64,000 nt of DNA, from contig CAWBMP010000004.1 in NCBI GenBank assembly GCA_963790025.1, forward strand, positions 1,408,001 through 1,472,000, given 5' to 3'. The notes beneath the pieces were generated by a model. It was not told where the DNA came from and ran no database searches. It was given only the letters and a program-made list of their open reading frames with translations. The stretch's first letter is position 1. Each line of letters starts with the position of its first letter. This DNA comes from Nitrospirota bacterium. GTDB lineage: Bacteria > Nitrospirota > Thermodesulfovibrionia > Thermodesulfovibrionales > Dissulfurispiraceae. Of this stretch, positions 48,075-58,083 are shown piece by piece. The translations under genes and the position numbers were made by a program.

Positions 48075-49269
48075 TAACGACACTAAAAAAAGCAGGATTT
48101 TGATTACCTGTGCAAAGGGCATACCGCCTTATTTGAGGGATGAGGTCCTTGCACTGGGGTTCCCTGTTCTTGATGAGAGCATTGCAGGCATAGCGACCGA
48201 GGGGAATATAGACGATACGCTCCGTCTCAATCTTCTGCTTCGTACTGCACACCGTGTTCTCTTTTTAATCAGGGAATTCTCTGCGCAGGACGCTGATGCT
48301 CTTTATCAGGGAGTGTCAGAGATTGCCTGGGAGGAATATATAGCGCCTGATGGATATGTGTGTGTTAATTCCAGCGTGGATAATCCGACCATAAGGGATT
48401 CACGTTTTGCAAATGTAAGGTGCAAGGATGCCATTGTAGACAGGATCAGGGAAAAGTGCGGGCGGCGTCCTGACTCAGGCCCCGATCAGGACAGGGCTGT
48501 TTTAAATCTTTACTGGAAGGACGACCTATGCTCCCTGTATCTTGATACCTCTGGGGAGCCCCTATCCCGCCGCGGTTATAGAAAGATCCCCATGACTGCA
48601 CCCATGCAGGAGACCCTTGCAGCTGCCGTTATTCAGGCGACTGGCTGGACATCTGTCCGGGCTTCCGGCAGTGGTCATTTCATTAATCCCATGTGTGGCA
48701 GCGGCACGCTTGCCATAGAGGCTGCCCTGATAGGACTGAACAGGGCCCCTGGGCTGCTGCGGGACAATTTCGGGTTCATGCATATCAAGGGATATAATGA
48801 ACCTGCATGGGACTGTCTGCGTTTGAAAGCAAAAAAGGCAGCAAAAAAAGCGCTGGATTGCCGGATTATTGCCACTGATATCAGGAGTGAGGCGGTTGAG
48901 GCGGCAAAGAAAAATGCTTCTACTGCCGGGGTGGAACATCTGATTGAATTCTCCGTATGTGATTATTCAGATACCCCGGTACCGGATGGAGGGGGGATAG
49001 TCATGCTCAACCCGGAATATGGAGAAAGAATGGGAAAGATCAAAGAGCTTGAGAGTGTTTACAAGGGCATCGGCGATTTTTTTAAGCAAAAGTGCGGGGG
49101 ATATACCGGATATCTATTTACCGGAAACCTTGACCTGGCAAAGAAGGTTGGACTGAGAGCAAAGCGACGGATTCAATTTTTTAACAGTAGGATAGAATGC
49201 AGGCTCCTTGCTTATGAATTGTACGAGGGCACCAGGAAGAACAAAAACACAGAGAAGTCATATGGATAA
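48052..49269 (+). CDS. THUMP-domain RNA methyltransferase (RlmL/YpsC-like)
   Basis: LDTSGEPLSRRGYR, APMQETLAA, PMCGSGT, NPEYGER. Confidence 0.92.
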   Translation: MPQIKKDNNDTKKSRILITCAKGIPPYLRDEVLALGFPVLDESIAGIATEGNIDDTLRLNLLLRTAHRVLFLIREFSAQDADALYQGVSEIAWEEYIAPDGYVCVNSSVDNPTIRDSRFANVRCKDAIVDRIREKCGRRPDSGPDQDRAVLNLYWKDDLCSLYLDTSGEPLSRRGYRKIPMTAPMQETLAAAVIQATGWTSVRASGSGHFINPMCGSGTLAIEAALIGLNRAPGLLRDNFGFMHIKGYNEPAWDCLRLKAKKAAKKALDCRIIATDIRSEAVEAAKKNASTAGVEHLIEFSVCDYSDTPVPDGGGIVMLNPEYGERMGKIKELESVYKGIGDFFKQKCGGYTGYLFTGNLDLAKKVGLRAKRRIQFFNSRIECRLLAYELYEGTRKNKNTEKSYG

Positions 49270-50557
49270 GACCGGACGGAATCAGTGGCTTCCAGAGCTG
49301 GTAATTGTATCGCTTCTCATAATAATCACTACAATAATATTCCGGCACACAAACGCCGACATTGCGCTTGAGAAGCATTTTTACTGCGAACAGTGCCCTG
49401 GCTCGAAATGGTTTCTTGATAAAAATATAGTCCTGCGTTTTTTTTATAACTTTGGTTCATGGCCTGCGGCATTTACGGTTATTGGCGCCCTGGCACTCTT
49501 AGTCATTAGTTATTTCAAGAGCACTCTTGTCCGGTACCGTATCTATTCGATTTTTCTCATCCTGGCACTGCTTATAGGCCCGGGATTTATTATCAACTCT
49601 GTGCTTAAGGTCCACTGGGGCAAGCCGCGTCCCAGCGAGATTCAGGAATTCGGAGGAAGGTGGGAGTATCAGAAGCTATTTCAAAAAGGTCAAAGCGGAA
49701 GGGGCAAATCATTTCCCTGTGGGCACTGCTCCATGGGGTATTTCTTTTTTGCCTTCTATTTTATTTTTAAAAACAAACGAAGAAGGCTCGCTTTATTCTT
49801 TCTGATTTTCGGAGTCGCTTACGGGACCATGATAGGGATTTCCAGGATGGCATTCGGAGGACATTTCCCGTCAGACGTGCTGTGGGCAGCTTTCATCCCT
49901 TTTCTCGTTCCCCTAGTCCTCTATTACTTTGTTTTGAATATCCCCGTGCGGGAGAGTTGTTTAAATGAGCCGGCCCGTCACGTTAGCCGGAGCAGAAAAA
50001 TATTTGTGGTTGTCGCTGCCGGGATACTGATTGTTTTGGTACTGGGAGCGCTTTTTCTTGCCACCCCGATCTATGAAGATATTCATCACAGGACAAGTGA
50101 AGAGTATTTGAATCCAGGCCCATTCTCGGTAGACATACACTGCTCCAGGTGCGATCTGGATCTTTATCTTGAAAATGCCGCTGACGCGGCAGTGACTGTT
50201 TCTGGTGCCGCCCAGGGCTTCGGGTTCCCGACCAATAAAATTGTTCATTCCTTTTATGAAACCTCCCGGCAGGGTGTTCGCACTGTGTTTTTTGACCTGA
50301 CACACAAGGGCCTTTTTTCAGAACTGGTCAATACAATACGAGTGAATTTGAAGAAAAAACACCTCGATAGTCTCAATATTATGGTTGATGACGGAGATGT
50401 TACAGTCCATGACAGCCCGGATGCGGGCATAGATAGGGCATTGCCCGAAACAAGACTCGTTATCACCGTTAAACACGGAACACTGACACTGCCGGATCAT
50501 TTTCATGGGAAGACAATGATACTCAACGTGCCTGCTGGCGGTTTGAAATACCGCTAA
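49262..50557 (+). CDS. PAP2-family membrane phosphatase with C-terminal extension
   Basis: K..WGKPRP, SFPCGH, SRMAFGGHFPSDV. Confidence 0.88.
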   Translation: MDKTGRNQWLPELVIVSLLIIITTIIFRHTNADIALEKHFYCEQCPGSKWFLDKNIVLRFFYNFGSWPAAFTVIGALALLVISYFKSTLVRYRIYSIFLILALLIGPGFIINSVLKVHWGKPRPSEIQEFGGRWEYQKLFQKGQSGRGKSFPCGHCSMGYFFFAFYFIFKNKRRRLALFFLIFGVAYGTMIGISRMAFGGHFPSDVLWAAFIPFLVPLVLYYFVLNIPVRESCLNEPARHVSRSRKIFVVVAAGILIVLVLGALFLATPIYEDIHHRTSEEYLNPGPFSVDIHCSRCDLDLYLENAADAAVTVSGAAQGFGFPTNKIVHSFYETSRQGVRTVFFDLTHKGLFSELVNTIRVNLKKKHLDSLNIMVDDGDVTVHDSPDAGIDRALPETRLVITVKHGTLTLPDHFHGKTMILNVPAGGLKYR

Positions 50558-50625
50558 ATGTAACAAGAAATTAACCGCCGTCCGGCCCTCATTTATGTTA
50601 TTGTTAATGTACAAATAATACGGAG

Positions 50626-51384
50626 GTGACCCAATTGAACAGAATTGTATTTTCGCTGGTGGCTGCCTTTATCTTATTTCCTACCGCATATGCATGTGGC
50701 GCTGATACGAAGTGCGAGACTCTGACTAAAGATGAAGCAACGGCTATTGTGAGGAATTTGAACCCCACTGTTAGCGTTCTTGATGTCAGACCAGGCCCCG
50801 TAGCTGATTTGTGGGAGGTAACGATAGCTACCGGTGGGCAAAAGGTGCTGGCGTATGTCGATTGCTCAAAGCGATACCTGATAATGGGAGAAGTGATCGA
50901 CATAAAACAAAAGAAGTTTCTTACGCGGGAACGCATGACCGAGATCAATAAGGTCGATGTATCGTCCATTCCCCTGGATGACGCACTTGTCCTGGGTGAT
51001 AAAGACGCCCCTCACAAGATCATTGTTTTTGATGATCCGGAATGACCATACTGCGCTAAACTTCATCAGGTGATGAAGCAGGTTGTTGAAAAGAGAAAAG
51101 ACATTGTTTTCCTTATAAAAATGTACCCGCTTCCCATGCACAAGGGTTCTTATGACAAGGCAAAGGCCATAGTATGTGAAAAGTCGCTTACGTTGCTTGA
51201 GGATGCTTTTGAAAACAAAACTATTCCGGCAGCCAAATGTAATACGCCGGTTATCGACGATAATATAAAATTGGGAGGCAAGCTCGGTATCTCGGGCACG
51301 CCCGCGATTATATTCCCTGACGGCAGAGTTATCCCGGGGTATATGGAGGCCGAGCCTCTGATTCAGGAAATAGACAAGAAATGA
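50626..51384 (+). CDS. dsbC: DsbC/DsbG-like thiol:disulfide isomerase, selenoprotein (UGA 51043-51045 = Sec, U-P-Y-C)
   Basis: VFDDPE-TGA-PYCAKLH stays in frame across the two annotated ORFs; GISGTP cis-Pro loop; signal peptide and dimerisation domain; downstream SECIS-like hairpin. Confidence 0.88.
51061..51078 (+). promoter_or_regulatory. Bacterial SECIS-like hairpin
   Basis: CTTCATC-AGGT-GATGAAG; G-containing loop 22 nt after the UGA. Confidence 0.75.
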
Positions 51385-51466
51385 CAAGAAATGCAGGTAC
51401 AGGTTTAGGCAGAGGTTAAGAGTAAAAGAAAAAAGGCGGACAGTATTCCGCGACTTTGCCTTAACC

Positions 51467-51646
51467 TCAACCTTTACCTTTACCTGGTTTTCTATCATAC
51501 TTCAGGCATTCAATATTTGAGGCCTTGAACACCTCACCGGAAGGCATGCTTTTGCTTTTAAAGCCCAATGCATTACATCCATAAGGGAAGTGCTTGTCCC
51601 AGGTGATGTAAAAATACTTGCATGTGTAACAATCAATATGTTCCAT
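51467..51646 (-). CDS. 59-aa Cys-rich protein (not in ORF track)
   Basis: MEHIDCYTCKYFYITWDKHFPYGCNALGFKSKSMPS...IECLKY. Confidence 0.75.
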   Translation of the reverse strand: MEHIDCYTCKYFYITWDKHFPYGCNALGFKSKSMPSGEVFKASNIECLKYDRKPGKGKG

Positions 51647-51731
51647 ATAAAAATACGTGCTGCGTACTGCGTTCAGCGTACAAAGTACAAAAAAATCCCG
51701 AAATCAGTCTTTGAACTTAGCACGCAGCACG

Positions 51732-52268
51732 CTATAACGCCGTTGTTGCTTCATTTATATCGTCCCGTATTAATATCAAAACATCCGGCTGATTAATCGG
51801 CACCCCCTCAAGTATTTCTTTCAATGCCGCGGTGTCAAACCTGTAGCAAACGGCATCTCGCACATAGGTCAGCGAAAAATCTATGTCAGGGTGCCCTCCT
51901 ATGAGCACCATCATCGTAGCCCCCAAATTCCCCAGAGGCTTTCTGTCGATGTGGCTGCGCTGAAAAGTCGCTGTGGTGCAAGTTCCCTTGCCAGGGGAGG
52001 ATTCTATGGAAAATGATCCGGTGCACTGTTCAGCCGCCTGTTTGAGCAACGGAATGCCGAGGCCGAAACTCCTTACAGATTTTGTAGTAAAAAAAGGGTC
52101 GCTCACTTTCTCAAGAGTTTCGGCATCCATTCCCCTGCCGTCATCGCGAACGCTGAGAGTAAAGAGATCTTCGGCCGTACTCTCTATTATGGCTATGTCG
52201 ATTTTCTTCGCCCAGGCATCAACAGAATTTTCAGCTATATCGAGCAGATGCAATGACAAATCTTCCAT
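51732..52268 (-). CDS. HATPase_c ATP-binding protein
   Basis: MEDLSLHLLDIAENS, DDGRGM, DPFFTT, GLGIP, HIDRKPLG. Confidence 0.9.
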   Translation of the reverse strand: MEDLSLHLLDIAENSVDAWAKKIDIAIIESTAEDLFTLSVRDDGRGMDAETLEKVSDPFFTTKSVRSFGLGIPLLKQAAEQCTGSFSIESSPGKGTCTTATFQRSHIDRKPLGNLGATMMVLIGGHPDIDFSLTYVRDAVCYRFDTAALKEILEGVPINQPDVLILIRDDINEATTAL

Positions 52269-52338
52269 AAAACACCCCTTAAAGAGGCAAAAGCGAAAAA
52301 GTGCTTTCGTTGTTGCCTCCGACCTCCAACCTCTAACC

Positions 52339-53085
52339 TCAAGCCTTTCGTTTGCTCCACTTCATTTCCCGTTCACCTTTAAATGCCCTGGCTATCTCAT
52401 CAAATGAGGGTTCACTGAGGAGAAACGTTGTGGTCCTCCTGCCTATATCGCTCAGGTTGTGTGCATCGGACGAGGTAACCCATGGGATTGCTGTATAGCT
52501 GCTGAACTTTGCGGTTGACTCCATCCATTCCATATTATACGAAATTTCAAGTGCATCGAATGCGGCGTCGTCCGGAATGAAGCCTAACTGGGATATAACG
52601 CTGAAATGTTCCCTGTCAATATGACTGGCAATAGCTATCCCGCCAAATACATGTATATTTTTAACCAGTTCTCCTAGAGGAAGGCTGGTTGCACCAATAA
52701 GGAGTCTCTTGTTAAAGGCCAGGATTTCATCTAACTCGTTAACGACCAATTGATACCCTATGTTGCGTTCGTCGTTAGAACCATCCTGTAATGCATCATA
52801 TGCGATTTCCTGCATTGCGGCAGCGTTTTCCGTCGAATTAAAGAGAGCCAGCACATGGACCTCCTCCTGAGAGGTCAACTCCATAGCGGGCAGCACAGTA
52901 ATACCCTGATCGAGGCCTGTCCTGACAGCAACCTCGGTATTTTCGGCAGAATTATGGTCTGCTATGGCTATTATCTGCAACCCTTTCGCGAGTGCCGAGT
53001 TAATTATCCGGCGGGGGGTCATATCAAGTTCAGCACAGGGTGACAGGCAGGAATGTATGTGAAGGTCAGCCTTATAGTATCTCAC
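52339..53085 (-). CDS. PHP-domain metallophosphoesterase
   Basis: DLHIHSCLSPC, ADHN, EEVH, HIDR, SSDAH. Confidence 0.9.
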   Translation of the reverse strand: MRYYKADLHIHSCLSPCAELDMTPRRIINSALAKGLQIIAIADHNSAENTEVAVRTGLDQGITVLPAMELTSQEEVHVLALFNSTENAAAMQEIAYDALQDGSNDERNIGYQLVVNELDEILAFNKRLLIGATSLPLGELVKNIHVFGGIAIASHIDREHFSVISQLGFIPDDAAFDALEISYNMEWMESTAKFSSYTAIPWVTSSDAHNLSDIGRRTTTFLLSEPSFDEIARAFKGEREMKWSKRKA

Positions 53086-53112
53086 TGGACCCGAACGAGG
53101 TTAACGGTCTTT

Positions 53113-53460
53113 TCACGAAGAGCGGCTGTCTTTCAACATCGTATAAAGAAGCCCTGCAAGCTCGAATGTGGAATCAGTGCTTACCATGATCGTCACTTTT
53201 TCAGCCTCGGCTTTTCTTACTGTCGCCGCTTCGGGGTTTCTTCCGTTTGTTAAAATCAGAGCGGATATACCTTTAATGATTGCCACTGCCACAATGTTGG
53301 GGTGTGTCTGTAGCGTTATCCATAGTTCATGGTCTTTGCTATTGGCCATCACATCGGAAAGGAGGTCACTGACATAGCAACCGCTTACCGGTTTGGATAT
53401 ATCTCCCTTAACTACTACATTCAATCCAAGCCTTTCGGCAATATTACTGACTGTCAGCAT
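53113..53460 (-). CDS. DRTGG-domain protein
   Basis: YVSDLLSDVM, WITLQTHPNIVAVA. Confidence 0.85.
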   Translation of the reverse strand: MLTVSNIAERLGLNVVVKGDISKPVSGCYVSDLLSDVMANSKDHELWITLQTHPNIVAVAIIKGISALILTNGRNPEAATVRKAEAEKVTIMVSTDSTFELAGLLYTMLKDSRSS

Positions 53461-53908
53461 TTTTCTCCTTTAGGTGAAAAAAAATTTCCAGGGTTGTCCC
53501 CTCCCCGACAACTGAGTCGATATTAAGGATGTCAGCACATTTTTTAATATTCGGGAGCCCCATTCCGGCCCCCCATCCCATCTCACGCACCCAATCGGGA
53601 GCGGTGGAGTATCCTTCCTGCATGGCCAGCTCTATATTCTCTATCCCCGGCCCCATATCGGTAAAGGTAACAGTAAGGGTATTACGGGTAATAAGATAGT
53701 GCATTGTTCCTGCAACCGCATGAATGATGACATTCATTTCCGCTTCAAAGGCCGCTATGGCAGCCCTTCTCACTATTTCCTGCTCAACGTCAAGAGTGGT
53801 GAGTCTCGCTTTCAATTCGCTGGAAGCTACGCCGGCATTAGTGAAATCCCCGCCGAAGAGCTCGAAGCATCCCTCCAGGGACTCCACTGAATCATCGTCC
53901 GGCATCAT
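53444..53908 (-). CDS. Anti-sigma regulatory factor (Ser/Thr kinase, RsbT-like)
   Basis: DFTNAG.ASS, EAEMNVIIHA, DMGPGI, GAGMGLPNI. Confidence 0.88.
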   Translation of the reverse strand: MMPDDDSVESLEGCFELFGGDFTNAGVASSELKARLTTLDVEQEIVRRAAIAAFEAEMNVIIHAVAGTMHYLITRNTLTVTFTDMGPGIENIELAMQEGYSTAPDWVREMGWGAGMGLPNIKKCADILNIDSVVGEGTTLEIFFHLKEKNADSQ

Positions 53909-54255
53909 TCCTCCACGCAACTTCTCAACCCCGCACCATATAGTATCCCGCATGTTGTGTACATGGGCAGGACCGTTGTCACGAGCACAATTTTTTTCTC
54001 TTCAGCAAGAGCTATCATATCTTTTTCCGGTCTTGCGCCTAAAGCCAGCAGTACCGCTGATATATCGGATATTTCGGCGCTCCTGATTACTTGCGCCTGG
54101 TTCAGGCATGTAACCAGAAGTGCCCCTCTTTTCCCATACCGCAATACATTGCTCAAAAGGTCGGCGCTGCAGACAGATGTGATGTCAAGCGATGCCGCGT
54201 TACCGTTGACCACTATGGTCCCGTTAACCATCTCCAGTATTTGCGAAATATGCAT
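53905..54255 (-). CDS. DRTGG-domain protein
   Basis: ADLLSNVL, QVIRSAEI, CGILY. Confidence 0.85.
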   Translation of the reverse strand: MHISQILEMVNGTIVVNGNAASLDITSVCSADLLSNVLRYGKRGALLVTCLNQAQVIRSAEISDISAVLLALGARPEKDMIALAEEKKIVLVTTVLPMYTTCGILYGAGLRSCVEE

Positions 54256-54264
54256 TGAACTCCT

Positions 54265-55407
54265 TCAAGCTGCCGGCGGCACCGGCAGATGAATGAAGAA
54301 GCTAGCCCCGCTGTCCGGTGTGTTTTTATTTTTAACAAATATAGTGCCTTCGTGTTTTTTGATAATTCCGTAGCTAACGGCAAGTCCGAGCCCCGTACCT
54401 TTGCCGGCGGGTTTAGTGGTAAAGAACGGCTCAAATATCTTACCGATCAGGTCTTCGGGGATAGCGGGGCCGGTGTCTGTAATTTCGAACTCGACCCATT
54501 TTTTTTCGTGATTTTCAAACAGACGGGTTGCCAGGGTTATTTTGCCCTTTTGCTGCATTGCATCGGCTGCATTTATCAGCAGATTCAAAAATACCTGCTG
54601 GATCTGGTTGGGATCGATACTTACATCGGGGATCGAAGTGTCGAGCAGCAGATCAATTTGAATATTAAGGAACCTCGATTGATGCTTCACCATTTCAAGC
54701 GTATTTGAAATCAATGTATTCAGATTGACCATCTTTTTCTCTGAAGCGGTCTTTCTCGAGAAACCGAGGAGCCCCTTTATGATTTTCGCGCAACGTTCCG
54801 CCTGATCAATTATGGTGTTAAGGTCTTCTATATCCAGTACATTTTCAGGAGGGGTCCGCTTCAGCATAAGATGTGAAAAGGTGACGATGCCAGTAAGTGG
54901 ATTGTTTATTTCATGGGCAACGCCGGCTGCCATGCGTCCCAGCGAGGCGAGCTTTTCCGTATTGATCAGTTGTTCCTGGGCCTTGTATATGTCGCAGGTT
55001 TTTTTCTGCACTTCATCTTCGAGGTTTTTGGTCCAGTCTTCCATCTTTTCCCTGTATTCTTTCAGCTCGTCCGCCATGGAATTAAAGGAATGGGCCAGGA
55101 GCCCGATTTCATCGTCACTCTCGATATTGATCCTACAGTCCATGTCCCCGGCAGAAAGGCGTTTCATCCCTTCAACCAGGAACGAAAGAGGCTTCGTAAC
55201 AAAGAAATAAAGGATCAGGAACAGAATTACCGTTATGATTACAACAAAGGGGCCGCCATAAGCAAAAGTTTTTTCGAGGGGAACGTCCGGAAACTGTTTG
55301 TTGAAAGTCAAAGCAAAGAGAAACCCCACAAACACCATGAGGCCGCCGATTCCGATTATAAGTTTTCCAGCAAGAGAATTTATTTTTATTTTCAGAAGTG
55401 AACGCAT
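54265..55407 (-). CDS. HAMP sensor histidine kinase
   Basis: 2 TM, HAMP, AHEINNPL, N/G boxes. Confidence 0.93.
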   Translation of the reverse strand: MRSLLKIKINSLAGKLIIGIGGLMVFVGFLFALTFNKQFPDVPLEKTFAYGGPFVVIITVILFLILYFFVTKPLSFLVEGMKRLSAGDMDCRINIESDDEIGLLAHSFNSMADELKEYREKMEDWTKNLEDEVQKKTCDIYKAQEQLINTEKLASLGRMAAGVAHEINNPLTGIVTFSHLMLKRTPPENVLDIEDLNTIIDQAERCAKIIKGLLGFSRKTASEKKMVNLNTLISNTLEMVKHQSRFLNIQIDLLLDTSIPDVSIDPNQIQQVFLNLLINAADAMQQKGKITLATRLFENHEKKWVEFEITDTGPAIPEDLIGKIFEPFFTTKPAGKGTGLGLAVSYGIIKKHEGTIFVKNKNTPDSGASFFIHLPVPPAA

Positions 55408-55567
55408 TATTAATAATACCTAAACACTTATTTACAGTCAACTTTAGGTTATGAACTCAGGTGGGGTCCGGAAACGGGTTTAGGTCTTGCTTCAAGTCAT
55501 GCTATAATAGTCCACCACGGTTGCGCCATTATAATAAAAAGTGAGGTTGAAAGGATGCGGGGCAGAC

Positions 55568-55963
55568 ATGACTAAAGGCAGGGTGCTTATTATAGATGAT
55601 GAAGAGATTGTGCGGATAAGCTGTCATCGTATCCTCGCTCCGGAAGGATATGAGGTCAGGAGCGCGGAGAGTGCGGCTGAAGGGTTCGCCATGCTCGAAA
55701 AAGATCCCTCGGATATTGTACTTACCGATTTTAAAATGCCTGACATCGATGGAATCGAGGTGCTGAAGAGGATTAAAGCTCAGTGGCCGGACATAGAGGT
55801 AATAATGATTACCGGATACCAGACGATCTCTGCTTCGGCAACTAACGCTGCAGAGGCCATCAGGAGTCTTGGGGCCTTTGATTATATAGAAAAGCCTTTT
55901 ATTCCCGATGCTATTCTCGAAGTCATTGATAAGGCGATGTCGCGCAAAAAAACCAAGAGCTAA
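55568..55963 (+). CDS. Single-domain response regulator
   Basis: LIIDDE, LTDFKMP, ITGY, KPF. Confidence 0.92.
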   Translation: MTKGRVLIIDDEEIVRISCHRILAPEGYEVRSAESAAEGFAMLEKDPSDIVLTDFKMPDIDGIEVLKRIKAQWPDIEVIMITGYQTISASATNAAEAIRSLGAFDYIEKPFIPDAILEVIDKAMSRKKTKS

Positions 55964-56048
55964 GAGCGCAGAGCCAAGAGCCTGAGGAAAACTGAAAGTA
56001 TTTTTGTTTTTGGCTCTCGACTCTTTGCTCTATAGCTCTTAGCTTTTT

Positions 56049-56210
56049 TTAATGACCGCCTGGGAAGAATGTCATGCTTATCCAGTACAGTACAAAAATA
56101 AGTCCGGTCCCCAGGCCTATACTCCAGCCTATGAGTTTTTTCTCAATAGGCAGCAGCGGCTCATATTCCATCTTTTTCAGCTCGTCAGACAATTTTGGTT
56201 CTTCAGCCAT
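56049..56210 (-). CDS. 53-aa single-TM partner of the YeiH-type transporter (not in ORF track)
   Basis: AGGAGG RBS; EYEPLLPIEKKLIGWSIGLG. Confidence 0.75.
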   Translation of the reverse strand: MAEEPKLSDELKKMEYEPLLPIEKKLIGWSIGLGTGLIFVLYWISMTFFPGGH

Positions 56211-56220
56211 AAGACCTCCT

Positions 56221-57864
56221 TTAACCTGTTACTATCGGCGGCTTAACTCCATGGAAGAAAAGCCATGAAATGAAAAGCCCTATCCAGATAATAAAACCGA
56301 AAAGACATAAGAGATAAACTGCTGCCAGCTTGCCTATCCCTTCTTCCCATAACTTCTTGAAGTTGGACACAACGCCAATGGTGAAGAAGGTCATTGTAAA
56401 GAATATACCCCTGAAGACATTCCCCTCGCCCATTGCCGCTTTCGTCTTTCCCATAAGGCCGGGGAAATGCAGGCCCAGATATAATACAATGAAGAATGTG
56501 ATTACATAGCCAATGACAAATTTGGGGAACCGGTGCCATATCTCCACAACCCGGACCCTCTCCCCGGGCTTGCACTCTATAACGGTGCACCATACTATAG
56601 CGAGTACAAATGCCCACACGCCGATGAAAATATCGATAAACACTTTTACCGTTGCGGCGGCCCCCACTATCCAGCCTTCCTTGTAGTTTACTCCTTCCAT
56701 TGCCAGTGCCTTTGCTCTTACAAGGGATTCCGTGACCGCGCCACTTGCGACTGCTGCACCATCGGTTTTTACTGCCAGTCCCATCCAGGCGCCAGCTACC
56801 ATAGGTTCCTTCCACAGGAAATTCTCAGCCAGAAATGGAAGCACGAGAAGTTCGACAACAGCAAATATTACAACCAGGGAAGAAACCATAATCGGGACTA
56901 TTGGCCTCGCCCTTATAGCACCGCCCGTTGCAATAGCTGCAGACACTCCGCAGATGGATATGCCGGATGCAAGGGGAGCAGCCCATTCCTTGCTGAATTT
57001 GAAATATTTCCTTGCAATAAGGTACACAAGCGCCCAGTATATGAGATAAGCCTCGACAATGGCACAAAGTCCCCTGAACATGACTGCGGTAGCCAGTCCC
57101 AGTTTTTCGGCCGCAACTACGCCGAGGAATCCCCCGAGGATAACGATTGCGGTCTTAATATAAAGCTCAGGCCTTACCGCCTCTTTTATTGCTTTGGCTA
57201 TGCCGGGGAAGAAATTGCCCACAACCAGCCCGGCAATAAGGGCGACTATAAAACCGGCCTCAGGCGTTAACTTCAGCGACCACGAGATCCCGAACTTCTT
57301 CATGTCGGGAGGGGTCGTCACTGCGATATTTGCATAACTGCCGATGATCCAGCAAATATAGCTTGCCCAGAATACTACCGTGAAGCCGAAAATAAATTTA
57401 CCCACATTCGCCTTCAGCGCCAACGCACCCAATGTCATGAGGACCAGCAGAAAAAGATAGGTGAGCAACAGAGAAGCGAAGCCCGACAAGCCCTTCTTTT
57501 CGTACTTCTCTCCGACCTTTAGCTGACTTGTATCTTCTTTTATAGTAATAGCCTCTTCTTTGCCGTCACCTTTTTTCAACGTGAGCTTCTGACCATCTAT
57601 TTTTGTAATATCACCCTTGATTCCCTGAAAGTCTTTTGATATCGGTGCAAGTGCTTTTGAAGAATCGGTCCATACGCTTGTAGTTACTCCCCAACCGAGG
57701 ATGTCCGCTCCAACAAATGTGCCCAAGGAGAGGACGAACAGGAAAAGGCCGATCCACAGCGACATCCAATCTTCGCTTATTCCCTTTTTCTCTACTGCGC
57801 ACGCTTTAGGCGTATCACATTTTCCTTCAGCCAATTTGTCTTCGTCTATACGGTTCTCGTCCAT
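56221..57864 (-). CDS. YeiH/putative sulfate exporter family transporter
   Basis: Multi-TM; ELYIKTAIV, SICGVSAAIA, RFPKFVIG. Confidence 0.88.
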   Translation of the reverse strand: MDENRIDEDKLAEGKCDTPKACAVEKKGISEDWMSLWIGLFLFVLSLGTFVGADILGWGVTTSVWTDSSKALAPISKDFQGIKGDITKIDGQKLTLKKGDGKEEAITIKEDTSQLKVGEKYEKKGLSGFASLLLTYLFLLVLMTLGALALKANVGKFIFGFTVVFWASYICWIIGSYANIAVTTPPDMKKFGISWSLKLTPEAGFIVALIAGLVVGNFFPGIAKAIKEAVRPELYIKTAIVILGGFLGVVAAEKLGLATAVMFRGLCAIVEAYLIYWALVYLIARKYFKFSKEWAAPLASGISICGVSAAIATGGAIRARPIVPIMVSSLVVIFAVVELLVLPFLAENFLWKEPMVAGAWMGLAVKTDGAAVASGAVTESLVRAKALAMEGVNYKEGWIVGAAATVKVFIDIFIGVWAFVLAIVWCTVIECKPGERVRVVEIWHRFPKFVIGYVITFFIVLYLGLHFPGLMGKTKAAMGEGNVFRGIFFTMTFFTIGVVSNFKKLWEEGIGKLAAVYLLCLFGFIIWIGLFISWLFFHGVKPPIVTG

Positions 57865-58083
57865 GCAGTATACCCCCTGTTTTGCGCGTTATCAAAAAAC
57901 CACTAAAAAGGTTCCCAGAGCTTGAGGAATCAATCACCCCCTTTTGTAATGTCTGGGGCAATGTGCAACGACTAATTCTACCACAAAAATAAAAGCAGCA
58001 AGTAGCAAGCAATAACGGCATAAAAAAATTTTAATTTTTCCCCCTTCGCTACTGACTGCTTGCTACTTGCCGCTTTTATTTTG

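Noticed and set aside
50626..51384. dsbC as two genes or a pseudogene
   Set aside because: A UGA at the catalytic Cys position plus a SECIS hairpin favours selenocysteine read-through.
50866..51498. 210-aa minus-strand ORF with VKVKVE repeats
   Set aside because: Shadow of dsbC plus the hexamer repeats.
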